In this document: positions 8,767 to 18,440 of the stretch, piece by piece
How positions within the stretch are numbered: position 1 is the first letter of the stretch
Layout: each line of letters begins with the position of its first letter
DNA from: an uncultured Vicinamibacteraceae bacterium
GTDB lineage: Bacteria; Acidobacteriota; Vicinamibacteria; Vicinamibacterales; UBA8438
NCBI GenBank assembly: GCA_964507425.1
Contig: CAZDQD010000112.1
Location: 5,808-69,807, forward strand
DNA length: 64,000 nt
Reading direction: 5' to 3'
Notes under the pieces: model-generated
The model's database searches: none
Seen by the model: the letters and a program-made list of their open reading frames with translations, nothing else
What the model was told of the DNA's origin: nothing
Made by a program: the position numbers and the translations under genes

Positions 8767-9564
8767 ATGAGGCTTTTAACGATTGATTTGTATCGACGCG
8801 TCATTGTTTCTGGTGCTGCCGTATTTGTCATTGGTGCGTCGGCTGAGCTTGCGGCGCAAAGTTCGTCTGATTCACAACGATCATGGCTAGAGGGCAGACT
8901 TGTTTGGTCCGTCAATGGTGGTATGCAAGTGGTGTCAAAACGGATAAATGACACCCTGACGTTTCGGGCTTACGGTGAGGACGCGAAGTTGACCTCGTCC
9001 CAAGAGGTGTCTGGTGGGCCGCTGTTTGATCTAGGTGGTGCGCTTCGTGTGTGGCGAGCGTTTTCAATTGGAGCGAGTTATTCGCGCTTGGAAACCACGG
9101 ATGCAACCGGCGTCAGCGGCACGGTTCCACACCCTATGAGTTTTGGGAGCGGTCGTGCGATTCCCACACAAACTCTCTCACTTGATAGGGTGGAACAAGC
9201 GAGTCACGTGTTTGGTGCGTGGAGACTGCCGGTACTCGACAAGCTAGATTTGTCGGTGTTTGGTGGCGTATCTTTGTTCAACGCGCAATTGGGGCGCGTC
9301 ACCAATGTGGTGGTTAGTGAGGCCGGTGATGCTCTTGGCGGCGCTATCAACGTGGACCAAATTCAACGTGGTGCTTACAAGCGGAATGGATTCGGTGGCC
9401 ATGTTGGCTTCGATATTACGTACATGTTGACCGACTCTGTAGGGGTTGGGATTCTGGCGAGATTTGCTAATGCCTCTATTCGCATGCCAGCATCAGGAAA
9501 TAGCTCGAGGTCGGTTGCCGTGGGTGGTATACAGGCTGGTGGGGGGATTCGTTACCGTTTCTAG
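8767..9564 (+). CDS. Outer-membrane beta-barrel protein, paralog of 25254-26036
   Basis: Signal peptide ending AELAAQ, alternating beta-strand pattern, C-terminal aromatic signal GGGIRYRF. ATG 8767 lies 8 nt after the upstream stop; the ORF maximum (8629) overlaps the upstream gene. Confidence 0.7.
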   Translation: MRLLTIDLYRRVIVSGAAVFVIGASAELAAQSSSDSQRSWLEGRLVWSVNGGMQVVSKRINDTLTFRAYGEDAKLTSSQEVSGGPLFDLGGALRVWRAFSIGASYSRLETTDATGVSGTVPHPMSFGSGRAIPTQTLSLDRVEQASHVFGAWRLPVLDKLDLSVFGGVSLFNAQLGRVTNVVVSEAGDALGGAINVDQIQRGAYKRNGFGGHVGFDITYMLTDSVGVGILARFANASIRMPASGNSSRSVAVGGIQAGGGIRYRF

Positions 9565-9578
9565 AGTCTAAGATTACG

Positions 9579-10373
9579 ATGACCGAAAACGACCGTGCTA
9601 GCGGGTCACCACGGGATAGTAACGACCAGAAGATAACGGTCATACAAGAAGAACTGTTTGCGCCAGGTCGGTCTAAATTTGGACGGTATTCCCAACTCGT
9701 TATCGGAAAGACTTCTTTGTGGGCACTCGTGAAATACGAGGCGATCGTCACATTGACTGGTTGGATTCCAGGTGCGTTGGGTTTGGTATTACGGTCAAGG
9801 CTCTATCCGCTGTTGCTTGGTGACGTCGGACGCAACGTTACATTTGGTTCCAATGTCGTGCTTCGTCATCCTCACAAAATACGAATCGGTAACAATGTTC
9901 ATATTGACGATGGCTGCTGTGTTGACGCAAAAGGGACGGACAATCGAGGCATTTCAATCGGCGATGGCGTGTTCATCGGACGGAACACAATTCTGAGTTG
10001 CAAGAATGGCGATATCATCGTTGATGATCACGCGAACATTGGCTTTAACTGTGAGATATTTTCTGGCTCGCATGTGCGTCTTGGGAAAAACACGTTGGTT
10101 GCGGCGTATACATATCTTGTTGGTGGCGACCATGAGTATGGGAGAGTCGATATTCCAGTCCTTCACCAAGGTCGCATCGCTCGTGGTATAGAGGTTGACG
10201 ATAACGTGTGGTTGGGTGCCCATGTCGTTGTGGCTGATGGCGCTGAGATCGGACGGGATGCGATTATTGGAGCGGGTGCGGTTGTTATTGGGAACATCCC
10301 ACCATTTCATATTGCGGCCGGTATTCCGGCAAAAAGCCTCCGAGACCGTCGTGATGACACAGCGTGTTCATGA
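9579..10373 (+). CDS. Left-handed beta-helix (hexapeptide-repeat) acyl/acetyltransferase
   Basis: Repeated [LIV]G hexapeptides, for example IGNNVHIDDGCCV, IGDGVFIGRNTIL and VWLGAHVVVADGAEIGRDAIIGAGAVV. Confidence 0.8.
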   Translation: MTENDRASGSPRDSNDQKITVIQEELFAPGRSKFGRYSQLVIGKTSLWALVKYEAIVTLTGWIPGALGLVLRSRLYPLLLGDVGRNVTFGSNVVLRHPHKIRIGNNVHIDDGCCVDAKGTDNRGISIGDGVFIGRNTILSCKNGDIIVDDHANIGFNCEIFSGSHVRLGKNTLVAAYTYLVGGDHEYGRVDIPVLHQGRIARGIEVDDNVWLGAHVVVADGAEIGRDAIIGAGAVVIGNIPPFHIAAGIPAKSLRDRRDDTACS

Positions 10374-10417
10374 TCGCATCAGGTGTTATCCGGCGTCCCC
10401 TCTGACAGTGCGATGTG

Positions 10418-12061
10418 TTACGGGATCATCCAGGGAAGCAGGTAGTAGATAGCCATTCCGTACATGGCAAAGCCAATAGTTAGAATTAGCGTGATTGGCA
10501 GGACTCGTTGTAGTAAGTCTCCTTCGCGACCACTAATGCCGGCGGCGCCGGCGGCCAGTGCCAGGGATTGGGGCGCAATCGCTTTGCCCATCGAACCACC
10601 AGTGGCCAAGCTGGATGCTGCAAAGACTGGCGGCGTCCCTGTTTGCTCACCCGCCACGGTAACCAGATTCCCGAATAGCGCATTGGATGCCGTATTGGTC
10701 CCGGCGACAGCATTACCTAAAAGTCCGAGTAGTACCGCAATAGCCGGAAACCAGAATCCTGAAGCCGCGAGCGCAATACCGATCGTGAAGCTGAGACCGG
10801 CGTAGTTCATCAGGTAACCGAGAGCGATGATGCTGGTTGTCGTGCGGATTGCGGACCAGAGTTGGCGAATAGTTTGACCGTAGGTTGATACGGCTTTTTG
10901 GAAGGGTAGACCTAATAGAGGGAGTGAGATTAGGCCGGTTACTAGTACGAGCGTTCCCGGTGCGAGCAGTAGAGGCTGACGGTAGATCGCTTCGTAGGTA
11001 GTCGGTATTGCTGCGACTGGAGATGTGCGCAACACTGATTCATGCAAGCCTGGCCACGTGACAGTTATTGTAGAGACCGATGCAAGCCATTCACGGATCG
11101 AGGGTAGAGCACTGATGCCAACCATGATCGCTACCAGTAGGGCAACAGGTGCCCATGCCTGCACGGTCTTATTGACTGATGGAGAACTATTGGCACTATC
11201 ATCAGCGAGTGGTTCACCAGGAAAACGCCAAGTTGTGTGCGGTTGCCATATCCTGAGCCAAACAACGGTCGTTAGAATGGCGGTGAGGGCGCCAGCGCTT
11301 CCTGCAAGATAGAGTGTGCCGTAGTTGGACATTGCGAAGGTTCCAAGTGCAAAGGCGAGTCCCGTTGCGATGGTAACGGGCCAGACACCAAGTAAGCCTC
11401 GCCAACCAGCGACAACAACGACCATGATTGGGGCGCACAGCAACGTCAGTAACGGCACCTGTCGCCCGACCATGACGCCCAACGTGTCAAGGTCAAGGCC
11501 ATTTGTAACTGACTGCAGGACAGTAACTGGAAGTCCCATCGGGCCCCATACGCCCGGATGAGAGAATCCGACGAGCGCGACAACTGACGCAGTTACAGGA
11601 GGAAAGCCGAATCCAACCAGCATGGCGGCACCGATAGCTACTGGCGATCCAATCGCCACGAGCCCTTCCAGTAAACCGAGGAAACCAAAACCGACGAGAA
11701 GTGTTTGTAGCCGCCGGTCTGGCGTGAGAGCTGTAAGCGATTTCCTGATAACGTCGAATTGGCCACTTTCACGAAGAAGATTGATAAACCATACCGCCGC
11801 AACGAGTGTCCAAAGCAGTGGCATGAGAGCGACCGCTAATCCGAGAGATACAGCCGACATCATTAGAGTCGGTGGCATTTCCCAGACGGTGCCTGTGAGT
11901 AAAAGTGCCGCGATTAATCCAGCAAAGGTGGCTTCATGGGCGGGACGTTTGTATACCCCGAGTAACACAAATACGAGCGCGATGGGACAGAGCGCGACGG
12001 TTGCCGATAGCCACATGCTATCCAATACTGGTGTGTAGGTCTGTTCCCACATTGGGGACAC
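10418..12061 (-). CDS. lctP: L-lactate permease family transporter
   Basis: 547 aa polytopic protein. The N-terminus MWEQTYTPVLDSMWLSATVALCPIALVF closely resembles the LldP/LctP N-terminus as I recall it. Start is GTG 12061 or ATG 12052. Confidence 0.8.
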   Translation of the reverse strand: MSPMWEQTYTPVLDSMWLSATVALCPIALVFVLLGVYKRPAHEATFAGLIAALLLTGTVWEMPPTLMMSAVSLGLAVALMPLLWTLVAAVWFINLLRESGQFDVIRKSLTALTPDRRLQTLLVGFGFLGLLEGLVAIGSPVAIGAAMLVGFGFPPVTASVVALVGFSHPGVWGPMGLPVTVLQSVTNGLDLDTLGVMVGRQVPLLTLLCAPIMVVVVAGWRGLLGVWPVTIATGLAFALGTFAMSNYGTLYLAGSAGALTAILTTVVWLRIWQPHTTWRFPGEPLADDSANSSPSVNKTVQAWAPVALLVAIMVGISALPSIREWLASVSTITVTWPGLHESVLRTSPVAAIPTTYEAIYRQPLLLAPGTLVLVTGLISLPLLGLPFQKAVSTYGQTIRQLWSAIRTTTSIIALGYLMNYAGLSFTIGIALAASGFWFPAIAVLLGLLGNAVAGTNTASNALFGNLVTVAGEQTGTPPVFAASSLATGGSMGKAIAPQSLALAAGAAGISGREGDLLQRVLPITLILTIGFAMYGMAIYYLLPWMIP

Positions 12062-12300
12062 TCTTTCTCGCTAGTGGACGGAGAAAACTGCCTTCATTGT
12101 TAAATGATTCGATGTTCCAACGGCCTGGTTGATAATCTCTTACTTGTGACTCGGTTGCAACTTCTGCGTGCCGTAAGGGAGGGTGACCAGGTACAACCGC
12201 TGTTTTAGTTGTTAATGGTGAGGTCGGACCAGGCTGGAGTTGCTGGCTGCTTCGAACGGCATCAATGGCTCCATTTATATTTTGGCGGATTAATGAGACG

Positions 12301-13392
12301 TTAAAACAGGGTGCCATCGATGGGGAGGAGAGACCATTCATCGGCGTTTGTGAACTCAAGAGCTGAAAAACACCAGATCACCAAACGTTTCTTTTGCCAA
12401 TAGTCACTGTCGCCTCTTGCCCGCTTGAGTAGTTCCGTGCGCGACGCTGCAGCACTTGGGCCTTCCATGGCGATAAGGTCGACGGAGAGGCCAAGTTCTG
12501 CTGCTAGTTGATCAGCAAGGCCACTGCCGGTGGCGTGCATAGACCCTCCAGTGTGAAAGACAAGGGTATGACTATCTCCAAGTAGGATGATCGGGCTATC
12601 AGGATTTGTAGATACGTTCTCCAGGCCGGTCGGGCTCTCTCGACTAACGGTGCGGAGCTGTATTTCCTCGCGATCTGTTAATTCCACCCGTTCTGATGTG
12701 AGATTGCCATGAATGCTCGACGACAGCCATTGAGAACGATATGACTCTGGTGTACTTTCAAGTGAACTGAACCAGTTACGCTCACGCACAGTTTCGGCGA
12801 TTTGTCGTGCGGCCACAACACATCCAGAACTGGACCAGTGTGTGTCTGTACGACAATAAAGTGGGGATTCCATGCTGAATCGTTCACGTATAAACGTTTC
12901 CGTCAGGTCAAGAACATCGACATCGGCATCCCGTAGCAAAGCGTAAAACTCAATATGGAATTGGTCTAGACGTGGTGGCGGGACAGGAAGGGCCAATTGA
13001 GATGTCTGCACTTTATCCGCAAAGATAAGAACTTTGGGCGGCACGGGGACAAGTAACAGTTCAACGCCCAAGGACGATAGTTGGTCCTTGAAGTCTAGAA
13101 TCACGGTTAGCGGATCGCCTTTTGTACCGTCTGATGTCGACTCCATAGCGGTCCGGTCATCGCTCCAGAACTGGCCAGAGGAGACGTGCAGTAGTTCGGG
13201 AACAGAAAACAGCCATCCTTCAGAGCCTGGAACGGTTCGCGAATCGTCGGCTTGTGCGTCGGTTGCCTGGCGGGCAAGTGTTGATCGGAAGTCTTCCATC
13301 AATTGGGTGGATGGTGCCGTGCTACAGCCAGCCACGATCAGAGAACACAAAAGTCCGAGTTGACGCCAATTGCGTTGTTTACCTGCTGTCAT
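12301..13392 (-). CDS. AlgX/AlgJ-like (DHHW-type SGNH) polysaccharide O-acetylation lipoprotein
   Basis: Lipobox IVAGC, CRTDTHWSSSG (the DxHW signature of the AlgJ/AlgX family), LLGDSHT. Confidence 0.65.
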   Translation of the reverse strand: MTAGKQRNWRQLGLLCSLIVAGCSTAPSTQLMEDFRSTLARQATDAQADDSRTVPGSEGWLFSVPELLHVSSGQFWSDDRTAMESTSDGTKGDPLTVILDFKDQLSSLGVELLLVPVPPKVLIFADKVQTSQLALPVPPPRLDQFHIEFYALLRDADVDVLDLTETFIRERFSMESPLYCRTDTHWSSSGCVVAARQIAETVRERNWFSSLESTPESYRSQWLSSSIHGNLTSERVELTDREEIQLRTVSRESPTGLENVSTNPDSPIILLGDSHTLVFHTGGSMHATGSGLADQLAAELGLSVDLIAMEGPSAAASRTELLKRARGDSDYWQKKRLVIWCFSALEFTNADEWSLLPIDGTLF

Positions 13393-13518
13393 ATGATTTG
13401 ACCGTTTCTCTATTTCGTATCTGGTTCGGATTGTCTACGTTGCTTATTTCATTGTAGCCTCGTGGACGGACTCTCCTGACTTTGTTTCATATCTGTGAGC
13501 CAACAACACTAACCAATC

Positions 13519-15438
13519 ATGTGCGGCATCGTAGGCATCGTCGAACGTAGCGCTAACCGCCCTGTTGATACGGAATTGCTGAGCCGCATGGTACGCACAT
13601 TACGCCATCGCGGACCGGATGATGAAGGCCAGGTGGTATTGCCAGGCGTTGGACTTGCGATGAGTCGGCTGGCGATTGTCGACGTTACAGGTGGCCAGCA
13701 GCCTTTTGAGTCTGAGGACAGCGCGATCCAGCTCGTGGCTAACGGAGAGATTTATAACCATCAGGAGCTTCGTGAAGTGCTGGTGGGGCGGGGGCATACA
13801 TTTTCTAGCCGTAGCGATATCGAAGTGTTGGTTCATGCCTATGAGGAGTGGGGCACAGATTTTCTGGGCCATGTGCAAGGGATGTTTAGTCTCGCGCTGT
13901 GGGACAGCCGGACGCGGACATTACTGGCGGCGCGTGATCGGGCTGGGGAAAAACCGCTGTACTACGCCTTAACGTCAGAAGGATTACTTTTCGCATCTGA
14001 AATTAAGGCGTTGTTATCGAGTGCATCGTTGTCCAGAGACATTGATCTCGAAGCTCTTGACCAGTTTTTGACGTATGAATATGTTGTCACTCCCAGAACT
14101 ATTTTTTCTGGCGTGAAGCGGCTGGCCGCGGCTCACTATCTTGTGTATCGCGACGGTGAGCTTGAGATTACACGGTACTGGAATGCGGCTTCCGTCGCTC
14201 CTCGGGAATGGGCTGACGATGATGCCGCTGAGGCCGTAAGGGAGACGTTTGCCAAAGCGGTTTCACGACAGATGATGTCTGATGTTCCGTTGGGAGCTTT
14301 CCTGTCAGGAGGTGTCGACTCAAGTGTCATTGTTGCAATGATGGTCGAAGCATCGGGTGGTAGAGGCGAGTCTGTAAATACTTTTAGCATGGGATTTACA
14401 GATGGCAGTTATAACGAGTTGCCGTATGCACGTGAGGTTGCGACTCGTTTTAATACGACTCACCGTGAGGGCTTGGTTGAGACAAAGGTGGTCGATTTAT
14501 TTGATCAACTGGTCGTACATTTCGATGAGCCTTTTGCGGATGTATCGCTGTTTCCCACCCATTTGGTATCGCAACTGGCTCGAGAACACGTCACGGTTGC
14601 GCTATCTGGAGATGGAGGTGACGAATTATTTGGTGGATATGATTCGTATATCGCCGACCAGCTTGCACGACGATTGGCATACTTTATGCCTGGCGGGGTG
14701 GCGAGGATTGTCTCTGGACTTACTGATTTATTGCCTCCGAGTCGCAAAAAAAAGGGTTTAACCAACAAGTTCAAGCGATTTGTGCAAGGCGTTGCTGATG
14801 AGCCAGATGCCATCGAGCACTACCGGTGGATGACGTATATGCCCATGCGGCTGAAGCAACGGCTTTATACGCCTGGACTAAAAAGTACTTTGGAGGGTTC
14901 GGACGTGTATCAGCCGGTTCGCGAGGCCCTTGGTACTTTTACGGGGAACGACTTTCTGAATAGGCAGCTATATGCCGATCTGTGTATTTATCTTTCAGAC
15001 GATATTCTCGTAAAAGTAGATCGTATGAGTATGGCTACCTCACTGGAAACCCGTGCTCCGTTTCTCGACCCTGAGTTAATCGAGTTGGTGAGTTCAATGC
15101 CTGGCCACCTCAAGATACGGGGCAACGAAAGGAAATACGTATTGAAGCGAGCGTTTCGAGATGTATTGCCGTCCACGATTCTTCGACGACCAAAGGATGG
15201 GTTTAGTATCCCGATGAAAAATTGGCTGCAGGTTGAACTTTCTCCCATGCTGCAAGATTTGTTGTCGCGTGACAGGCTCACTCGTCGCGGGTGGTTTGAA
15301 CCAACCGTTGTGCAACAACTTATTCAGGAACACATCGGCGGTCGACGCAATCATGCGCATACACTTTTCAGCCTGATGGTCCTCGAGCGATGGGCTGAAG
15401 CGTTCCTAGATGGGTCTACCGCCCACTGTGGGGGCTAG
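13519..15438 (+). CDS. asnB: Asparagine synthetase (glutamine-hydrolysing) family amidotransferase
   Basis: Ntn nucleophile MCGIVG, PP-loop FLSGGVDSS, 639 aa. Confidence 0.9.
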   Translation: MCGIVGIVERSANRPVDTELLSRMVRTLRHRGPDDEGQVVLPGVGLAMSRLAIVDVTGGQQPFESEDSAIQLVANGEIYNHQELREVLVGRGHTFSSRSDIEVLVHAYEEWGTDFLGHVQGMFSLALWDSRTRTLLAARDRAGEKPLYYALTSEGLLFASEIKALLSSASLSRDIDLEALDQFLTYEYVVTPRTIFSGVKRLAAAHYLVYRDGELEITRYWNAASVAPREWADDDAAEAVRETFAKAVSRQMMSDVPLGAFLSGGVDSSVIVAMMVEASGGRGESVNTFSMGFTDGSYNELPYAREVATRFNTTHREGLVETKVVDLFDQLVVHFDEPFADVSLFPTHLVSQLAREHVTVALSGDGGDELFGGYDSYIADQLARRLAYFMPGGVARIVSGLTDLLPPSRKKKGLTNKFKRFVQGVADEPDAIEHYRWMTYMPMRLKQRLYTPGLKSTLEGSDVYQPVREALGTFTGNDFLNRQLYADLCIYLSDDILVKVDRMSMATSLETRAPFLDPELIELVSSMPGHLKIRGNERKYVLKRAFRDVLPSTILRRPKDGFSIPMKNWLQVELSPMLQDLLSRDRLTRRGWFEPTVVQQLIQEHIGGRRNHAHTLFSLMVLERWAEAFLDGSTAHCGG

Positions 15439-15447
15439 TTTGTTGCG

Positions 15448-16590
15448 TTAGGGCACGATCCAGGTTCCACCAATAAATCCATGGGCGTCCCAGTGAATTT
15501 TAGGGTTTGAGCCGCCAGCACCAGCAACGATGTCGATACTGTAAGGGCGTCCGTCTGAGGCTTTGTATGCAACGGTGTCTTTGCCGATCGGCCCGGTAAC
15601 GTTGATGCGCCTGCCCCAGTTGGGGTCCTCTGCGTGTAGGCGTTCGGCGACGATCTGTGTGAAAGCGTCTACGTTAATTCCAGAGCCTGGATACCCTGTT
15701 TCGTTAGCGACCTGCTGCACAATGACGAATCTATTTTGCGGCGGACAGCAACCAGATGTCGACGAATCTGTGTTTCCAGACGTGTCTGTGGGCGATGTGG
15801 GCGTTTCCGCTTCGGGTGTTGTGAAGGATGCGGGATCGGACCAGTCACCGAAGACTTGTCCTTCTTTAGCATCTGCAATTACGCGACTTCGCCAGAAGTA
15901 GACCGTATCGTCCTCTAAGCTGTCCGTTAGAGTCGACGTAGTAGTCGTTCCTTCCGAGACTGTGTTGGACTGCGTGATGGTTTGAAAGCCTACGTCGGTT
16001 GCGACCTGAAATTGATAGTGCACTGCGTTTGCAGCTCCGGCAATGGAAGCGTTTTCTACGACTAAGGTTACGGTGTTCGCACTTACCCTTGCACCGTCGT
16101 TAGGCGATACGATCGTGGGTTTGCTCGTTTGCAGTGGAGTGTAGATTTCAAAGGCTGCTGATTCCGAATAGTTTCCAGTATTCGCGCCGTCGAGTGCACG
16201 CACCCGCCAGAAGTACACCTGATTCGCATTTAACTCAACGTTAAGTGTATAGCCCTCTGTTATCTGACGATTTGGCTCAATGTTTGGGACACTGTGAGTG
16301 AGGGTCGAGAACTCCCGGTCTGTGGCTACATCGACTTCATACCAAAATGGCCGTTCTCCGTTGGATACGGATCGATTGAATTCCAATTCGATCGGTTGTT
16401 GAGCAAATTGAATGAGCGTTCCATTAGTTGGACTCAAAATGGTAGGTGCTGATAGTGCTATTCCTGCAATTGGCCCAGCAATGGATGGGCTGAGTGGGTT
16501 GCGACTTTTTTCTGCTTCGCACGCGATGGAGCTAACGAGGAGTACTCCGAGGGTGAGCATTCTGGGCGTAATACTGAGTGGTCTGAGCAT
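15448..16590 (-). CDS. Lipoprotein with two FN3-like modules and an unassigned ~100-aa C-terminal domain (paralog A)
   Basis: Lipobox SSIAC. Two modules end in YFWRVRA / YFWRSRV. An S/T/P linker precedes CCPPQNR...HWDAHGFIGGTWIVP. Start is ATG 16590 or 16560; the ORF maximum is 16644. Confidence 0.7.
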   Translation of the reverse strand: MLRPLSITPRMLTLGVLLVSSIACEAEKSRNPLSPSIAGPIAGIALSAPTILSPTNGTLIQFAQQPIELEFNRSVSNGERPFWYEVDVATDREFSTLTHSVPNIEPNRQITEGYTLNVELNANQVYFWRVRALDGANTGNYSESAAFEIYTPLQTSKPTIVSPNDGARVSANTVTLVVENASIAGAANAVHYQFQVATDVGFQTITQSNTVSEGTTTTSTLTDSLEDDTVYFWRSRVIADAKEGQVFGDWSDPASFTTPEAETPTSPTDTSGNTDSSTSGCCPPQNRFVIVQQVANETGYPGSGINVDAFTQIVAERLHAEDPNWGRRINVTGPIGKDTVAYKASDGRPYSIDIVAGAGGSNPKIHWDAHGFIGGTWIVP

Positions 16591-16783
16591 GGCGTCGCTG
16601 GTTGGTTCCGTGTTGAAGGGATTTGGTGGAACTGAGCCTCTCAAGACATGTTTCGGCCGCTACAGGTAAATCGGATAGGGTTTTGGTTTATCCAAAACCA
16701 AAATGCGTGGAAACAGAAAAACATTGCCGATAATCATTGCCGTGTGCCTTGCGACATGTCACGAGCTAAAGGCCTTGGAGGGT

Positions 16784-18421
16784 TTACACGCTGGGAATGA
16801 AATACGCGTGTTGGGCGTCGATGATCTCTTCTTCCGTACGTGTTGGTGACCAGTTAAGTTCTTCTGACATGATCGATGCTGCAGCACGAAGAGCATCATT
16901 GCCTGGGTGACCGGCGGAGCCGGCTTCGGTGCGCCGGAGGATCGCGTCGGTGAGGTGGACCGCCATTTCCGATGTGACGGCATGCCGTATTTCCGCGCGT
17001 GTGACTTGACACGCAGAACTTAATTCCATGCGGTCAGTGAGATGAGTGCTTATGGCGTTCAGAATTTGATCGTGCTTCGTACCGTAGGACAAGGCCAGCC
17101 GTTTTTGCGTTTCTTTTCTAACCCCTGCGGTTTCTTGCCGTTCAGTACTTCTAAGGAAGGTATCCAAATCATCGAAGTCGGCACCAGCAAGTGGTGTTGT
17201 GTCTGTCTTACACGTCGGTGACCGACGACCAAGTAGAGAAAAGACCACGTCTACAGCCTTTTGAGCGGTGTGCCTGGCAGTGGTGTATCGAACGCCAAGT
17301 ACAGACAGCAATCCATCCACACCGTCTGCACGGTGGTCGACAATGGGACTTTGTTTTAGAAGTGTGAGTGCATTGTCGTTGACAGAATCAGTGGGTAGAA
17401 GTCCGCGGTGTAGTAACCGCACATTGTCGATCGTGATATCTAAATTTGGGAACGCAATATTGATTTCGTTCAGAAATTTTTCGATATTTACGCGCCTTGG
17501 GGAAAAATCAGCTGTGGGCCCGTTGAACGGGTCGTGACTGGTTCCCACCAGCGTGAATCCCCGCCAAGGTACGGCGAACAAGAGGCGAGATGAGACAGTG
17601 CCTCCAAGAGCGTGTTTGCCTTCCATTGGGTTCGAAAGTAATACGTTCATTGCACAGGAGAATGCCTGGGGTGCTTTATGTTTGACATCCGGAAGAAGCG
17701 TATTGAGTAACTCAACGGACCACGGGCCAGCTCCGTTAACAACGACTCGACCTCGCACGTCAAACTGTGCACCATCTAAGCGGTCGTGTGCCGAAATTCC
17801 CTCAATATGCTGACCGCGCTTAAGGGTGCCAATGCACTCAACATAGTTAGCCGCGACAGCTCCCTGCATGACGGCTGACAAGATAAAAGAGAGGTTGAGT
17901 CTGTCGCTATTCCGCATCTGACAGTCGTGCCATTCGATTCCTCCCGTAACACCATTAGGGTCGATCAGCGGGTTGAGCAATAAGCATTCTTCGCGGGACA
18001 CGAGTCGACTTGGAGGTAGCTGTTGTGAGGGGTCCGTCTGGACATTTCGGTCAAAAGCCAATAGGTCATTTAGTGCGAACCCGAGCTGCAATACTTTTCG
18101 GTGTCTCGAAAGATGCCCGTAAGTCGGCATGATGAACGGTAACGGGCGTACCAGGTGTGGTGCGATTCTGGAAAGTGATCTGCGTTCACGTACAAATTGA
18201 CGTAGTGCGACAACATTGCCAGATTGAAGTTCGCGGACGCCACCGTGGATCGTCTTAAGACTATTAAATGACGTGCCACTGCCAAAGTCCGATCGGTCTA
18301 TGATCGCAACGGACAATCCCCTGAGTGCGGCATCCCAGGCAATCGTTGCACCATAGATACCCGCACCGACCACGATAAGGTCAAAGGTAGTATCAGAGAG
18401 TCGGCGTAAGTTCCTCTGCAC
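16784..18421 (-). CDS. glpD: FAD-dependent glycerol-3-phosphate dehydrogenase/oxidase-like flavoprotein
   Basis: DLIVVGAGIYGATIAWDAALRGLSVAIIDRSDFGSGTSFNSLKTIHGG matches the GlpD N-terminal FAD fold. 545 aa with a C-terminal helical domain. GTG start. Confidence 0.75.
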   Translation of the reverse strand: MQRNLRRLSDTTFDLIVVGAGIYGATIAWDAALRGLSVAIIDRSDFGSGTSFNSLKTIHGGVRELQSGNVVALRQFVRERRSLSRIAPHLVRPLPFIMPTYGHLSRHRKVLQLGFALNDLLAFDRNVQTDPSQQLPPSRLVSREECLLLNPLIDPNGVTGGIEWHDCQMRNSDRLNLSFILSAVMQGAVAANYVECIGTLKRGQHIEGISAHDRLDGAQFDVRGRVVVNGAGPWSVELLNTLLPDVKHKAPQAFSCAMNVLLSNPMEGKHALGGTVSSRLLFAVPWRGFTLVGTSHDPFNGPTADFSPRRVNIEKFLNEINIAFPNLDITIDNVRLLHRGLLPTDSVNDNALTLLKQSPIVDHRADGVDGLLSVLGVRYTTARHTAQKAVDVVFSLLGRRSPTCKTDTTPLAGADFDDLDTFLRSTERQETAGVRKETQKRLALSYGTKHDQILNAISTHLTDRMELSSACQVTRAEIRHAVTSEMAVHLTDAILRRTEAGSAGHPGNDALRAAASIMSEELNWSPTRTEEEIIDAQHAYFIPSV

Positions 18422-18440
18422 AAGGCATATACTACATCTC

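Noticed and set aside
10374-10417. Possible bidirectional terminator between the convergent acetyltransferase and lactate permease genes
   Set aside because: Only an interrupted pairing is possible (TCGCA..TCAG / CTGA..TGCGA) and there are no flanking T or A tracts. The support is too weak to annotate.
12062-12300. 239-nt non-coding stretch upstream of the lactate permease, considered as a riboswitch or 5'-UTR element; also the 113-aa ORF 12018-12359(-)
   Set aside because: I could find only short, weak pairings (CGGTTG/CAACCG with a 41-nt loop) and a loose CCTGGTC..ACC direct repeat. Nothing matches a riboswitch class I know. The ORF overlaps both neighbouring genes and looks spurious. The region may still hold a promoter or terminator.
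16679-16699. Perfect 8-bp hairpin GGTTTTGG-TTTAT-CCAAAACC between the GlpD-like gene and paralog A
   Set aside because: The stem is AT-rich, and on the transcribed (minus) strand it is followed by CTATCCG rather than a U-tract. No plus-strand gene ends upstream of it. It is not convincing as an intrinsic terminator.
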